A program made the translations under genes and the position numbers. Positions 39,966 through 56,238 of a stretch of DNA of 64,000 bases are shown here, in pieces. How positions within the stretch are numbered: position 1 is the first letter of the stretch; the number at the start of each line of letters is the position of its first letter. This stretch comes from Salpingoeca rosetta (Eukaryota > Protista > Choanoflagellata), in NCBI GenBank assembly GCA_033442325.1, contig JAWQFM010000010.1:1099537-1163536 (forward strand), read 5' to 3'. The notes beneath the pieces were generated by a model. That model ran no database searches. It saw only the letters and a list, made by a program, of their open reading frames with translations, and was not told the origin of the DNA.

Positions 39966-40524
39966 CTAGTGCGTCCACTTACGCCAGGCGCCAGCCATGT
40001 GGTGAACCCCGTAATCGCCAAAGCGAAACTTGTCGTAGGGGTGTGGGTACAGGACGGTGACGTGCTGCTGCTCCGCTGGAGACGACTGGTTGTACACGTG
40101 CGACACAAGGTCCGGCCCGCTCGTGGTGAAGATGTACACGTCCGAGAAGCGAGGCGGCACGTCCGGGCTGATGAACTGCGCGTATATGGCCTCGATGACC
40201 CGCCGGAGGAACGGGTGGTGGCGGCGCGCGCCAAACGCAAACTGGCCCAGCTGCGGGAACTCGCGGCTGCAGTCGATGTATGGCCAGGGCCACCGTCCGT
40301 ACTGCCCGTGCTTCCGGCAGATGTCTGTGGGTATCATCTCCTCGTGCGGGAACACGGCTTCCTGGTCGAGCAGCGGCGCCAGTCCTTGCTCCAGCTCCAC
40401 GTCCATGTCCAAGTAGAACCCGCCATAGTGGTACACCGCAAGCATTCGAAACAGATCGTACCTATAGAATGTGGGTTGGGAGAAGTAGGGGTGGGTGGTG
40501 GGAGGGGATGACAGTTCAGGGTGT

Positions 40525-40557
<33 letters not shown>

Positions 40558-40611
40558 TTAGCTGCGGTGGTGATAAAAAAAAAGAGGGGACACATGCAAC
40601 CAAACCAACAC

Positions 40612-40701
<90 letters not shown>

Positions 40702-41586
40702 CCCTTGTCGAGAAAAGCGCATACAGCACATGCACCACCACCCCAACTTCCTCCTCATCCCATCTCACACGCACCGCTGCACGCGAAAGGGTCCAATAAG
40801 GTGGTCCCACATGAACTTGAGACGTGGGAAATGGGTGGCCACAAAGTCGTTCACCTCTTGGTCATCAAAGAGCATGTACTCAAAGTCAGGGTTGAGCCGT
40901 TGCATCTTGTGCAAAAACTTGTTGAAGCGTCCGCGTGGTCGGTGCGTCTTCCACGTCTGAATGATTCTCCTTGGAATCCCGCTGCTCGAATCGTTCACGG
41001 GAACCTCTGGCCAGCAAACTGATGCTACAAACGCCAGTTGCTGCTGCGTCTGCGGCTGCTGACGTTGTTCTTGCTGCTGTGTCTGTGTACTTATTTGCGG
41101 CTGTGGTGGTGGTGGTTGTTGTTGTACATCCTCCTTCTTCGTCTCTGCGTGTTTGCCAGGCGGGTGTTCCCAGTCACACCTGGCGTGACTAGTTCCATTT
41201 TCACCGTCATCCGTCGTACTCCTGTGAGTTTCATAAACACAGCCGTCATTACCATCATCGCCGCCATCGTGCCTGTTGAAGTATTTGCTGCCACCGTTGT
41301 GCGTGACAGCGAAAAGGGCGTCACTGGTGCACTCCATCATGGGTTCCCCCTCGCACGCGCCAAACGCGGTGCCAGCAGCTGCCGCAGCTTCTAAGCTCGT
41401 CATCCTCATCTCGGCCAGTTCACTGTCGTACAATGTGCGCGCAAACTCATTTCGCGCCACCCGCGCCGCTGCAGCCCCTCCACCACCTGCTGCTATGCTG
41501 AGCACCACGACACACACAACCACCATCCAACATGTTCCCGCTGGTGTTGCCACTGCTCGTCTTCGTCTCATCCTCCAGCTCATCAT
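39966..41586 (-). CDS. GT32 (OCH1/SUR1-like, DXD motif) glycosyltransferase, 2 exons
   Basis: N-terminal hydrophobic anchor, [23 protein letters not shown]|[37 protein letters not shown] and HHMAGAW. Exons 41586-40775 and 40461-39966. Confidence 0.88.
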
Positions 41587-41851
41587 GTGTGTGCGTGTAT
41601 GCGTGTATGTGTGTATGTGTGTATGTGTGTATGTGTGTGTGTGTGCCGAGTGTGTGTGTGTGTGTATGTGTGTATGTGTGTGTGTGCCGAGTGTGTGTGT
41701 GTGTGTGTATGTGTGTGTGTGTCACATCACAACATCATCACAACAAGAAGCAAGCAAGTGCACAAGCGAGACCATCGTCGCTCACTGCCAGTCCTTTCTG
41801 TGACGATTGGTTAATATCATTCGCAAATCGTCTGCATTGCAATCGTTGAGG
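41587..41851. promoter_or_regulatory. Putative bidirectional promoter between the GT32 and sulfatase genes
   Basis: Divergent start codons 265 bp apart; about half of the gap is degenerate (GT)n. Inferred from position only. Confidence 0.45.
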
Positions 41852-41986
41852 ATGACGATGATGACGAGGATGAACTTCCCAGCAGCGATTGTTGCCTGCG
41901 TCCTCGTCGCTGCTGCAGTTGTTGTTGCTGCAGCTGATGCGCGGACCGCACCCCGCAACAGCTCCAGCCAACCCAACATTGTCTTC

Positions 41987-42083
<97 letters not shown>

Positions 42084-42896
42084 GTGTGTGTGTGTGTATG
42101 TGTGTGTGTGTGTGCTGTGATGTGATGTGGTAGAAGAGGTGGCTGGACTGGGATGGTTCTGTGGGTGCTGTTTTTTGTTTTGGTGCGTGTTCGTGAAGCA
42201 TACACTCGCTGACAGCCGTGTTTGGTGCTGCCCATTCACTGCCTCCGTCTCCGTTTTTGTCATCAAATCACAACAGATTGTCATTGATGACCTCGGCTTT
42301 GATGATGTTGGCTTCAAGTCCCATCAAATCAAAACGGTGCAGCACTTGCGTGCGCGCGCGCGCGTGTGTACGTGTGTGTGTGTGTGCGTGCGCGTGTGTA
42401 CGTGTGTATATGTGCGCATGCGTGAATTTTTGTGTGTGTGTACGTGTGTACGTGTGTGTGTGTACGTGTGTGTGCGTGTGTGTACGTGTGTGTGTGCGGT
42501 GTGCGGTGTTGTATGCAACCTCCTTAATCGTCTCACCCAGCACCCAAATCACCCGACTGAAATCACCCCTCTTTCAACCCTCGTCCGACCCACATGCAGC
42601 CCAACATTGATCAGTTGGCATCGGAATCATTGCTGTTGGAACGCTACTATCTGCAGGATGTCTGCTCACCAACCAGGCAAGTCGTTGCTCCATCACACCC
42701 GCTTCTTAAGCTCTGCTGTCGCGCACGCTTCGATGTTCATTACAACGTTGGGCTCACCCTCTAACTTCGTTGTTAACCACGTTCACATCAATTGCACACG
42801 CCGACCGCAGGGCCTCCATCTTGAGCGGCCGCTATGCCATGCACCACGGGTAAGGGGCGAGCTGCAGTTGTCTCGTGATGTTGATGAGCTGTTCAT

Positions 42897-42971
<75 letters not shown>

Positions 42972-43451
42972 TTTGGGGACAGTGGTCTCAACTTGTGGCA
43001 TTGCAACAAAGGGCGTCTCGTCTACGAACACCACCACCAACGTTGGCCTGTGGTGCTGCTTGTCTTCTCTGCAGCATCGTCAACTGGATTCCACCAAAAG
43101 ACAGCTACGGCCTGCCTCTTAACCACACAACGCTCCCTCAGCTCCTCAAGAACGGCGGCTACGACACCCACGCCATCGGAAAGGTGTGCCTTGCATGCGT
43201 GTATTTTGTATGTGTGTTTGTGTGTGTATTGTGTGTGTTGTGTGTGTGTGTGTGTTGTGGCTGTGAGACTGCCTTTTGTACTGTGCTTTACTGAGGTCTT
43301 GTGTTTTGTTTCGTGTTTCTGTGTGCCGTGCATGAAGACACGCGTTTCCCACCCCTGACGCTTTGTTTGGTTGTCGCATCGATCTCCTTTGCTACAGTGG
43401 CACCTTGGGTTCTACAAATGGGACTACACCCCAACTTTCCGCGGTACGCCC

Positions 43452-43487
<36 letters not shown>

Positions 43488-43792
43488 TGTGTCTGTGTCT
43501 GTGTCTGTGTCTGTGTCTGTGTCTGTGTCTGTGTCTGTGTCTGTGTGTGGGGGTGTCTACCGGCCTTGGCTGCTGTTGCTATCGTCTACTTTCCCTCCAT
43601 GTTTGACCCTGAGATGTTTTGTGCTCAACAGGCTTCAACTCCTTCCTTGGGTACTACTCGGGTGGCGAAAACTATTTTACCCACAAGAACGGCCCCGCAT
43701 ATGACATGCACCGCGATCCCCTTCCAAGCTGTGGGCAAAACTGCAGCCAAATTGCATTTGACTTGCGTAAGTCATGTCTTGCGCACTGCGTG

Positions 43793-43854
<62 letters not shown>

Positions 43855-44465
43855 CGTGTGCATGTGTGTGTGTGTATGTGTCTGTCTGTCTGTCCGTCTG
43901 TCTCTCTGTCTCTGTCTCTGCTTCTGTCTGTGTGCTTGCGAGCGCAATGGTTTCGTTTTGTTGGTTTGTGCTCACGCACATGAGCTCGCGGCTCACACCT
44001 GCCCCCTCCCTCCGTCCACATCATCGCCCCCACCCCACCGCGATCACCCTGCTGCACTGCGACCAGAGGGCCAGTACTCGACCACCATCTTCTCCGACGA
44101 GGCCGTGCGCGTCATTGACGACCATATTGGACCAAAGCCGCTCTTCCTCTACCTCGCCTACCAGGCCGTCCACGAACCCGCACAGGTGCGCATGTATGTA
44201 TGCATGTATGTATGTGGCCATGAAATTGGGCAGTGCGTGCGCAGCTTCTTTTGTGACGTTACTGATCGTCTTCCTTCCACTCATAACCGCACACACACTC
44301 ACACACTCTCTCTCATTTCAACACATACACGCTCACACATGTACGCACACATGCCCATACGGGCATGCACACACAACAGGCACCCCAGAGTTACATCGAT
44401 CCATACACAGATCTCATCCCAGACGCACAGCGCCGCACCTTTGCAGGTGTGTGAGTACGAGAGAG

Positions 44466-44525
<60 letters not shown>

Positions 44526-46516
44526 GTGCGGTCCCTTGTCTCCAACACTCTTGTGCGACAAGTTGTATCCTTCTACTGCAGCTCATCCAAGAGTCACCCC
44601 GCGCTGTGTCTGTCTACCCTTCCCCTGCCCCGTCCACAAGGAATGCTGAGCTGTCTTGACGAAGGCATCGGCAACGTCACGCGCGCCCTCAAGCGGAATG
44701 GTCAGCTTATCATGTGCAGGGCTGGCCAAGTGTGTGTGTGTGCACATGTGTGCTTCGTGCATTGACTCTTGCTTGCGTGTGAATCCCTTGAACTGACTCA
44801 CATGCCCACGCCACGACCACGTGTCTGACGCCAACAGGGTTCTACAACAACACGCTCATCGTCTTCACGACCGACAACGGCGGTCCCATTCTTGGCGGTG
44901 ATTCTGTTGGTGCCCGCAATTACCCCATGAGGTGTGTGCGTGTGTGCGTGTACCTGCTTGATTGTTCCTGCTTGATTGCTTGCGCGTGTGTGTGCGTATA
45001 CCTGCTTGATTGATTGCTTGCTTGTGTTCGTGTTCTTCGTCGTACATCCGCATGAGCTATGTGTCTCTCCATCTCATTGACACGCTGATCTCCATCTGTT
45101 GCGTCTCGCCGGCTCTGCTCTGCGTGCCTCCAGAGGTGGCAAGCACGCCGTCTACGAAGGAGGTACAACAACAACAGTGCTAATAGTATTTTGTTCGCAC
45201 GCATTTCATTGCACGCAAGCATCGTCGTTGCAGCTTTGTTCCTTGCACGCATCCAGCATTTCCCCACCACACAAGATGTTCACGCCCCCCCCACACACAC
45301 GTGCGCCCACAAACACACAAACACACACAAACACACACACACACATCACATACATCCTCAAACGCATCATTCATGCAGGCGTGCGCGGCATTGCATTTGT
45401 TCATCCTCCGCAAAACACGTTTGTTGAGACGGGTGCCGGGTATCACAACCTCATGCACGCCGCAGACTGGTTGCCGGTGCGTCACACCCACGCGTTTGTG
45501 TGTTGATGCATTTGCTTACTTTCACTGGCTTTTTTGTGGTCGTGTGTCGGTGACGGCCAGTGTGTGGGAAGGAGGTGGGGAGGACGCTTGGCAAGGGATT
45601 ATCTTTGTTCACGGCATGATCGTGGTTGCTGTGCAATTCGCTCACACATGCAGGCATGCGAGCAGCACCAACAACATCATCATCAAACCCACATACGCAC
45701 GCACACACACGTGACAACCGCTTGCATGCAAACAATAACGACTCACTTACACACGCACACACACGCACTCTCTCTCACGTTGACGCCTTGTGGACACTCA
45801 CCGACATTTAGACGCTGTGCGATGCTGCTGGGGTCGAGTGCCACACGCAGCAGTCGCTTGACGGCGTGTCGCATTGGGACGCCATGACCACCAACACCAA
45901 CAGCACGCTGCGCGGTGATGTTGTCCTCGGTAATGCAACAGACCTGTGCGACGCCACCAACTGTGGTTTTGCGTATCGCAAGGGCGACTGGAAGTTCATT
46001 CGCGGTACGGGCGGCATGCCCTTCAGCTGGTCCACACCCATGAACCAGTCAGGAGGTGTGTAGCGCTGTGCGCGTTTGCGTATGTGTGTATGTATGCGTA
46101 TGTGCATGCATGTATGTATGCGTGAGCGTGTGTGTTGTGTTTGCATACATGTTTTATGTGCACAAGTGTATGTGTGTGGTTGTGGCTTTACTTTCTCTCC
46201 GTGCCTGCCTTTGCCCGACACATACATCAATTCTGCCATCCCTCTGTGCACGCTTCCCAGCGTGCGCTTCGCTTGTTGGCGCAGCCCACGTTTGCACGCA
46301 CCTTCTCTCCCCATCGCTCACCCCCTTCTCACGTCGGTACACTCTGCGTGCGTGTCTTTAGGCAATTGCAACCTTGCGTACGGCCAGTGTGTGGATGGCG
46401 CTAGTCTGGGTCGTGTTACCGCCGCCACCGCCGCAGACTGCTGCTACACATGCACCAACACAACCAAGTGCACCTACTCCACCTTCCTGTAAGTGTTGTG
46501 TGTGTGCGTGCGTGTG

Positions 46517-46561
<45 letters not shown>

Positions 46562-46824
46562 ATGCGTGTGTTTGTGTGTGTGTGTGTGTGTGCTTCCTAG
46601 CAGTTTAGATGAACCGAAGTCATTGACGCTTCAGGAGCTTGCGCAATATCTCGGCTGCGAGCGTTCCGGCAAACCTCCACTATGAAACGCCGCAGAGTCG
46701 CGGAATGTGTCAATGGCGTTTAACGGGTCGTAGGCACGGCTCCCCTGGTGGCGCGGATTAACTCAGCTTATCAGTGTTTCACGTATGTGGCGAATCGCTC
46801 TCCCGTTGGCGAATCAATGACAGC

Positions 46825-46864
<40 letters not shown>

Positions 46865-48193
46865 ATGCGTGTGTTTGTGTGCGTGTGTGTGTGTGCGTGC
46901 GTGTGTGTGTGTGTGTGTGTTTGTGTGCGTGTGTGTGTGTGTGTGTACATGCTGTGGTTTTACCTTGCTACTACCGCTGCTGTTGCTGTTGCTGCTGTAC
47001 GCTTGTCCACCCCTCCCTTGCTTCTTGCACTTCAGGCGCAATGCCCCCCCCCCCCCCCACAACACGGCAGAGCGAATCAGACCAGCAACAACTGCCTCCT
47101 GTTTGCGTCCTCCACTGCCAGCACCCTCGACACCAACTGCATTTCGGGTGAGCACCGAAGCAGAGACGCGAGTTGCTTGCTTGCTTTTGTTGCTTGTTTT
47201 TGTTTTGCTGGTGTGTGTGCGCGCGTGTGTGTTTGTGTGTATGTGTGTATGTGAGTATGTGTGTATGTGTGTATGTGTGTGTATGTGAGTATGTGTGTGT
47301 ATGTGTGTATGTGTGTGTATGTGAGTATGTGTGTGTATGTGTGTATGTGCGCGCGTGTGTCTTGCGTGCTCTTGTGAGCCTTGACCTTGATGTTGCCGAT
47401 TGAGCTTGCCCGACGCTCTTCTGTTTTCAAGTCGCACCCGTTCATTCACCCCCAACACGACGCACCGCAACGCATTTGCGGCGGCCCTCCCTTTCATGCA
47501 TGCAGGCGCGCATGATCCAAAACAGGTGCCGTACACAACGCTGAATCCGCTCGGATACCAGCTCTTCAACATCGCCCAGGATCCAAACGAGCACACGGAC
47601 GTGAGTTCGCACTTGGTGCAGTGTGTACGAGCAGTGTGGGGCGAGGGTTTATCAATGGGTCGAGGGTGATGTGCGGTTCTTTGTGTCATCCAATCTTTGT
47701 ACACATTCACACGCACACGCGCTCATGCACACGCACACGCGCTCATGCACACGCACACGCATATACGCACACACACACACACATGCGCATACCCACACAT
47801 GCGCATACACACACGCACGCACACACACGCATACGCAGGTTGCTTCGTCGCATGCAGACGTGGCCAAGCAGATGAACAGCGAGCTTGACTCCATCTTGCA
47901 ATCCTACGTGCAGGCGCAAAACGACCCCAACTGCCCTTTCCCGTAAGTCACGTATCCTCCTTGCTCGTGTGTGTACAGGGGTGTAGGGGGGATGTGGACA
48001 GACACGAGGCACAGGGTGAAGGCAGGCGATGCGCATGGGTTGTGTCGTGCATGGCGTGTTCACACTGGCTCGCACTGCATTCCATGCTGGTTTCCCCTTC
48101 GTGCTTGTCCTTTTTGTCTTGCAACGGTTCAACTTCAGGACGAGCGGGTGGCCGCAGACGCGATATGGACCTGTGATGGTGCCGTGGTGTTAA
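41852..48193 (+). CDS. Arylsulfatase B/I/J-like sulfatase with an inserted PAN/Apple-like module, about 17 exons
   Basis: Signal peptide, PNIVF|IVIDDLG, active site CSPTR|[17 protein letters not shown]|[30 protein letters not shown]|GGKHAVYEG|[14 protein letters not shown], and C-terminal GPVMVPWC*. Confidence 0.92.
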
Positions 48194-48349
48194 GTGAGCG
48201 CACGCGGACTCTCCCTGTGTACGCTGTTGCTTGTGCTGTTGGAATGGGTGTGCTCTTTGCTGGCAGTTACACAACACAACACAACAGAACAACAACAGCG
48301 GTGACAACCGCTTGAAGCACGACACCTGAGGGAAAGAGACGGCAGGAGG

Positions 48350-48545
48350 GTTGTTGTTGTTTAAGTTGTTGTTGTTGTTGTTTAATTGTTGTTGTTGTTG
48401 TTGTTGTTGTTTAATTGTTGTTGTTGTTGTTGCTGTTGTTGTTGTTGTTGTTGTTGGTGTTGTTGTTGTTGTTTAGGTTGCTGCTGCTGTTGTTGTTGTT
48501 TAATTGTTGTTGTTGTTTAAGTTGTTTAAGTTGTTGTTGTTTAAG

Positions 48546-48589
<44 letters not shown>

Positions 48590-48591
48590 GC
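48350..48591. repeat. (GTT)n microsatellite punctuated by TTAA
   Basis: Read directly from the sequence; lies between the convergent 3' ends of the sulfatase and J-domain genes. Confidence 0.95.
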
Positions 48592-49034
48592 TTGAGTGAA
48601 ACCACTGATGTCGGCACGCACATGCTGGTGAGAAGCCTGCCTGCAATGTTTGCATGTCAACACACATCAATCCCGGGTGCTTCATTCTTCGCATCAATGG
48701 ATACGAGCAAGCGCTCCAGCAACGCAGTGCCACTTTTGCACTTTCGAGTGGACACAACACGGGAAGGAACGAAACATCTCAACAGAGGAATGTCATATGG
48801 TCTTCGACGAGCAGTTATGTAACACAACAGCATACCAAACATGAGTGAGGAGAACAACAGCGTAGGATCGTGTGAACTGGTGCGACGAAAATTGGGTGTT
48901 GGTGGTGCAAGGGTGAAGAGCGTTCAGAAACACGGTTGCCAACAACATCAGCAGAACAAAAAGAGAAAAGAACAGCAGTGGTTTTGGAGCTTCTCAATCA
49001 CCCGCATTCAACACACGACCACATTGAAAACGCT

Positions 49035-52686
<3,652 letters not shown>

Positions 52687-53714
52687 GGTGTTTGTTTGGG
52701 TTTGGAGGACAGGAAGTGTTGTTTCAGTCGTGCAGTGTTGCCTCTGGCGTTTAGCGGCGAGCAGTGGAGTGGAACAGTTGAAGAGTCGACGGGGGTTGCT
52801 GTCGTGTCGCTGTTGCCTTGATGCTGTCGTGTTGATGGCACGAGATGGACCTGGATGAGACAAAGCAGCACCTTGTGACACAACAGCGCCCTTGCAGCAA
52901 GAAGCAAAGCAAGCACTCACTGTCTCTGGTGGTGGTGGTGTTTCTGTGTTTGTGTTTCTGCGTTTCTTGTGTGTGACTGTATCAAATCTTGGTCATGCCA
53001 TTCCCAATTTTCTCCAAAGCAGTAGTCCTTTCAGGAGACACCACTCCCGCTTGCTGACTCGCTTGCTGCTTGCTTGCTAGCTTCTTTGCTCGCCAATTCT
53101 CCCTGTTCTCCCTCGCCGCTGTGTGTCGCTAGTTGCGACTGCCGAGCGCACGAGAGCAGCACGCTCACGTCATAACCGGGTAGAACCCACTGCAGGTTCG
53201 TTCACGAAGTCAAACGTAAGCTGGGAGCCTGTACTGCGATGTGACGTGACTGTTTGTTTGCGTCTGAGAGGGGGGGGGGGGCATGCACACGACCCCTGTG
53301 AACAACACAACAACCGAAAGAACGGGGGAAGTAGCAAAGATGTACGAAGAAAAGCAAGAAGAAGAAAAGCAAGGAGGGAGGAGAGAAGCCAGGGATGTGG
53401 CAATAGAACAAAGATAGCTGCTACAAATAAAACGCACGCTGCACACAAACGGTCCGTGGCCACGAAGGAACACAAACAACCAAGCTTATGACAGGGTAAA
53501 TGTGTGTGTGTACGTGCGTGTTGAAGATAATGCGAGAGAAGAGGTAGTCGTGTGTTGGTGGGTCAACGGTTGATGCTTGAGCTGGAACTGGCTGGTGACG
53601 AGGAGAAATGTGTTAACATAAGGGACGGTGGAAAAAGACAATAGAGATGATTGATGCGCTGGTGTTGCCAAGGTGCGCCTTGCATGTTTGAGGAAGTGTG
53701 GCATTGGCGGGCTT

Positions 53715-53860
53715 TTATCGACGCGTGCCGCACATGCTACAGAACTTGGCCTGCTCCATAAACCGCGTCCCACACTCCGCTGCAGTTGAGTGGACACGTG
53801 TGAGTGAGTAAGAAGAGGGGGGTCGGTCGGTGTGTGAGTGCATGGAGAGTGCGGGTACTT

Positions 53861-53934
<74 letters not shown>

Positions 53935-54055
53935 TACACGTGTGTTGTCCGCCATGACATGTGGCGACTTACTGCAGAAAAGCTTCTTGTGCTGGGAGCC
54001 CTGCAACGCCTCGCCGCAGTGTCCGCAATACTTTGGCCGTGCAGCCGACCCAATC

Positions 54056-54089
<34 letters not shown>

Positions 54090-55687
54090 CTATGAGTGGG
54101 ATGCACAGGGCACAAGGCACAAGGCACAGGATGGGGTGTACGGCAAACAGTTGGTGCAGCCAGGCGGGCTGCTGCGCCTTCATTTTCTTCCTACCGGTGT
54201 GCACGGTTGCTGCCCATGCTGCTTGCACTGCCATGACGGTTGTTCCTGCATTTATGTTAACGCGGCCAGCCAGGTCAACGTGCGTGAGTACTTGAGAACG
54301 TTTGAGGCGTGTGGTGTTGCGGGCACCGTGCCAACAACACAAAAACTAGGCAAACATTTGTACTTGGGAGTGCTACTTGCGCCAGCACCAGCAGCACCAC
54401 CACGACCACCACCCGCCTTCCTTCTCTCACCACCCTCACCACCACGCCATGGCAGCAGCACCTGTGTCGCGCTGCGCCCTCGAGCAGTTCGTCGTCTGGC
54501 GGCGGCCGCTCCCGGTTGAACGGATATGCGCTGGTGGATTTGAGGTGGATTTGGGGTGAGTGGTGAGCGGGAACGAAAAGGAGGTGTGGGGGGGGGGGGA
54601 GAGGAGAAACAGGGGAGGAGCAAGATAGAAACACGCTGATGGACAGACAGACAACGCGGGCAGAGAGGAAGAGAGGAAGAGAGGAAGGGAGGGAACGGTA
54701 AACAAACACGAGCTCGGCAAGCAAAGGCACAGACACAAACACAGACACAAACACAGACACACACGCACGCACGCGCAAGCACCGGAAACAGCACAACCCT
54801 GTCCTCACCGCGAGTCAAGGAGGGTCATGCCAGCATCTGCGTCCTGGAACGAGACGTTGCTGCGGGGACGACTGGTCGGTGTGCTGCTGGCGGTGCTGTT
54901 GTTATGGCTGCTCGATGCAGACGGAGGGCGGCCAGCGCGACGCGTCCCGCTGGTGATTCGGACCCACATGTGGGGTGGGGGAGAGAGCGGGAGGCATGCG
55001 ATGGATGGGACGTACGTGTGTGTGTGTGTGTGAACGAAGAGAGATGGAAGAGGTGGAAGGAAGAGAAGGAGGAAGCCACAGACGCAGGAACACAGAGGCA
55101 CACATCAAACGCCAGCGTGTATACCGTACCGGCCTGATGGTTTTGTTGGATGCGAGCCCGGTGGCGGACGCGGTGCACGGCCATCCGCCCGCACTGTCTC
55201 GGGTCTGGTCGTGTGTATGTGTGTGTATGTGTGTGCGTGAGAGAGAGAGAGCGTGTGTGTGTATGTGTGTGTATGTGTGCGTGTGTGTGGCGTTTCGAGG
55301 GAGCAGGAGATGGCAATGTGCACTCTCACAATCGCGCACGTCACTGATGTCCACACACAGCAAGCGCACGACCATCACAACAACAACAACTTAAACAACA
55401 ACAACAACAACTTAAACAACAACAACAACAACACTTAAACAACAACAACAGCAACTTAAATAACTTAACCAACAACAACAACAACAACAGCAGCAGCATA
55501 CCTTGCTGCAGGTGCTGCCCTTGGTGTTCGCTGGACGGCTGCGGACTGGTGTCGTGTCGGGGTTGTGGACGTGGACCCGGGCCGCCGCAGCGCTGGCGAT
55601 GGCGGTGGTGAATGATGGCGGGGAAGGGGGGTGAGTGCGATAGTGATGACATTGTGAAGCGGTCATGCACTGGCGCCGCAGTCTCAT

Positions 55688-55777
<90 letters not shown>

Positions 55778-56201
55778 CCGTGCGCACATTCACGCACACA
55801 CACACACACACATCCACGCGCACATTCACGCACACACACACACACACATCCACCCATGCGATCGAGACATCACGTACATGGCGGCTTGTATGCTGTTCGT
55901 CGCTTCATCCTCTCCATTGCCTCGGGGTCTTTTGCCGCATTCTTCTTGATGCGCTCCCGTTTGCTCTGCACACACAAACAAACGCAAAAGCACGCGCGCA
56001 TAAGTTTGAGCTTGCCTCGAATGATAGCGAGCACAGTGACACACACGCACACAAACACACAGACACAGGCACACACAAGTCTTCCACCTTTTCTTCGCAG
56101 AATTTGACGTGTCGCTCTGCCGCGTCTTCGTTGAACCGTCGAGAACATATAGGGCACTGGCAAAGAGCAGGTCAGAAGCACAGAAGCACAGAAGCACACA
56201 C

Positions 56202-56238
<37 letters not shown>

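Noticed and set aside
46600-46790. Peptides [11 protein letters not shown] (excisionase HTH-like) and ARINSAY (J-domain-like) in the intronic insert
   Set aside because: Too short, interrupted by stops and probably chance similarity.
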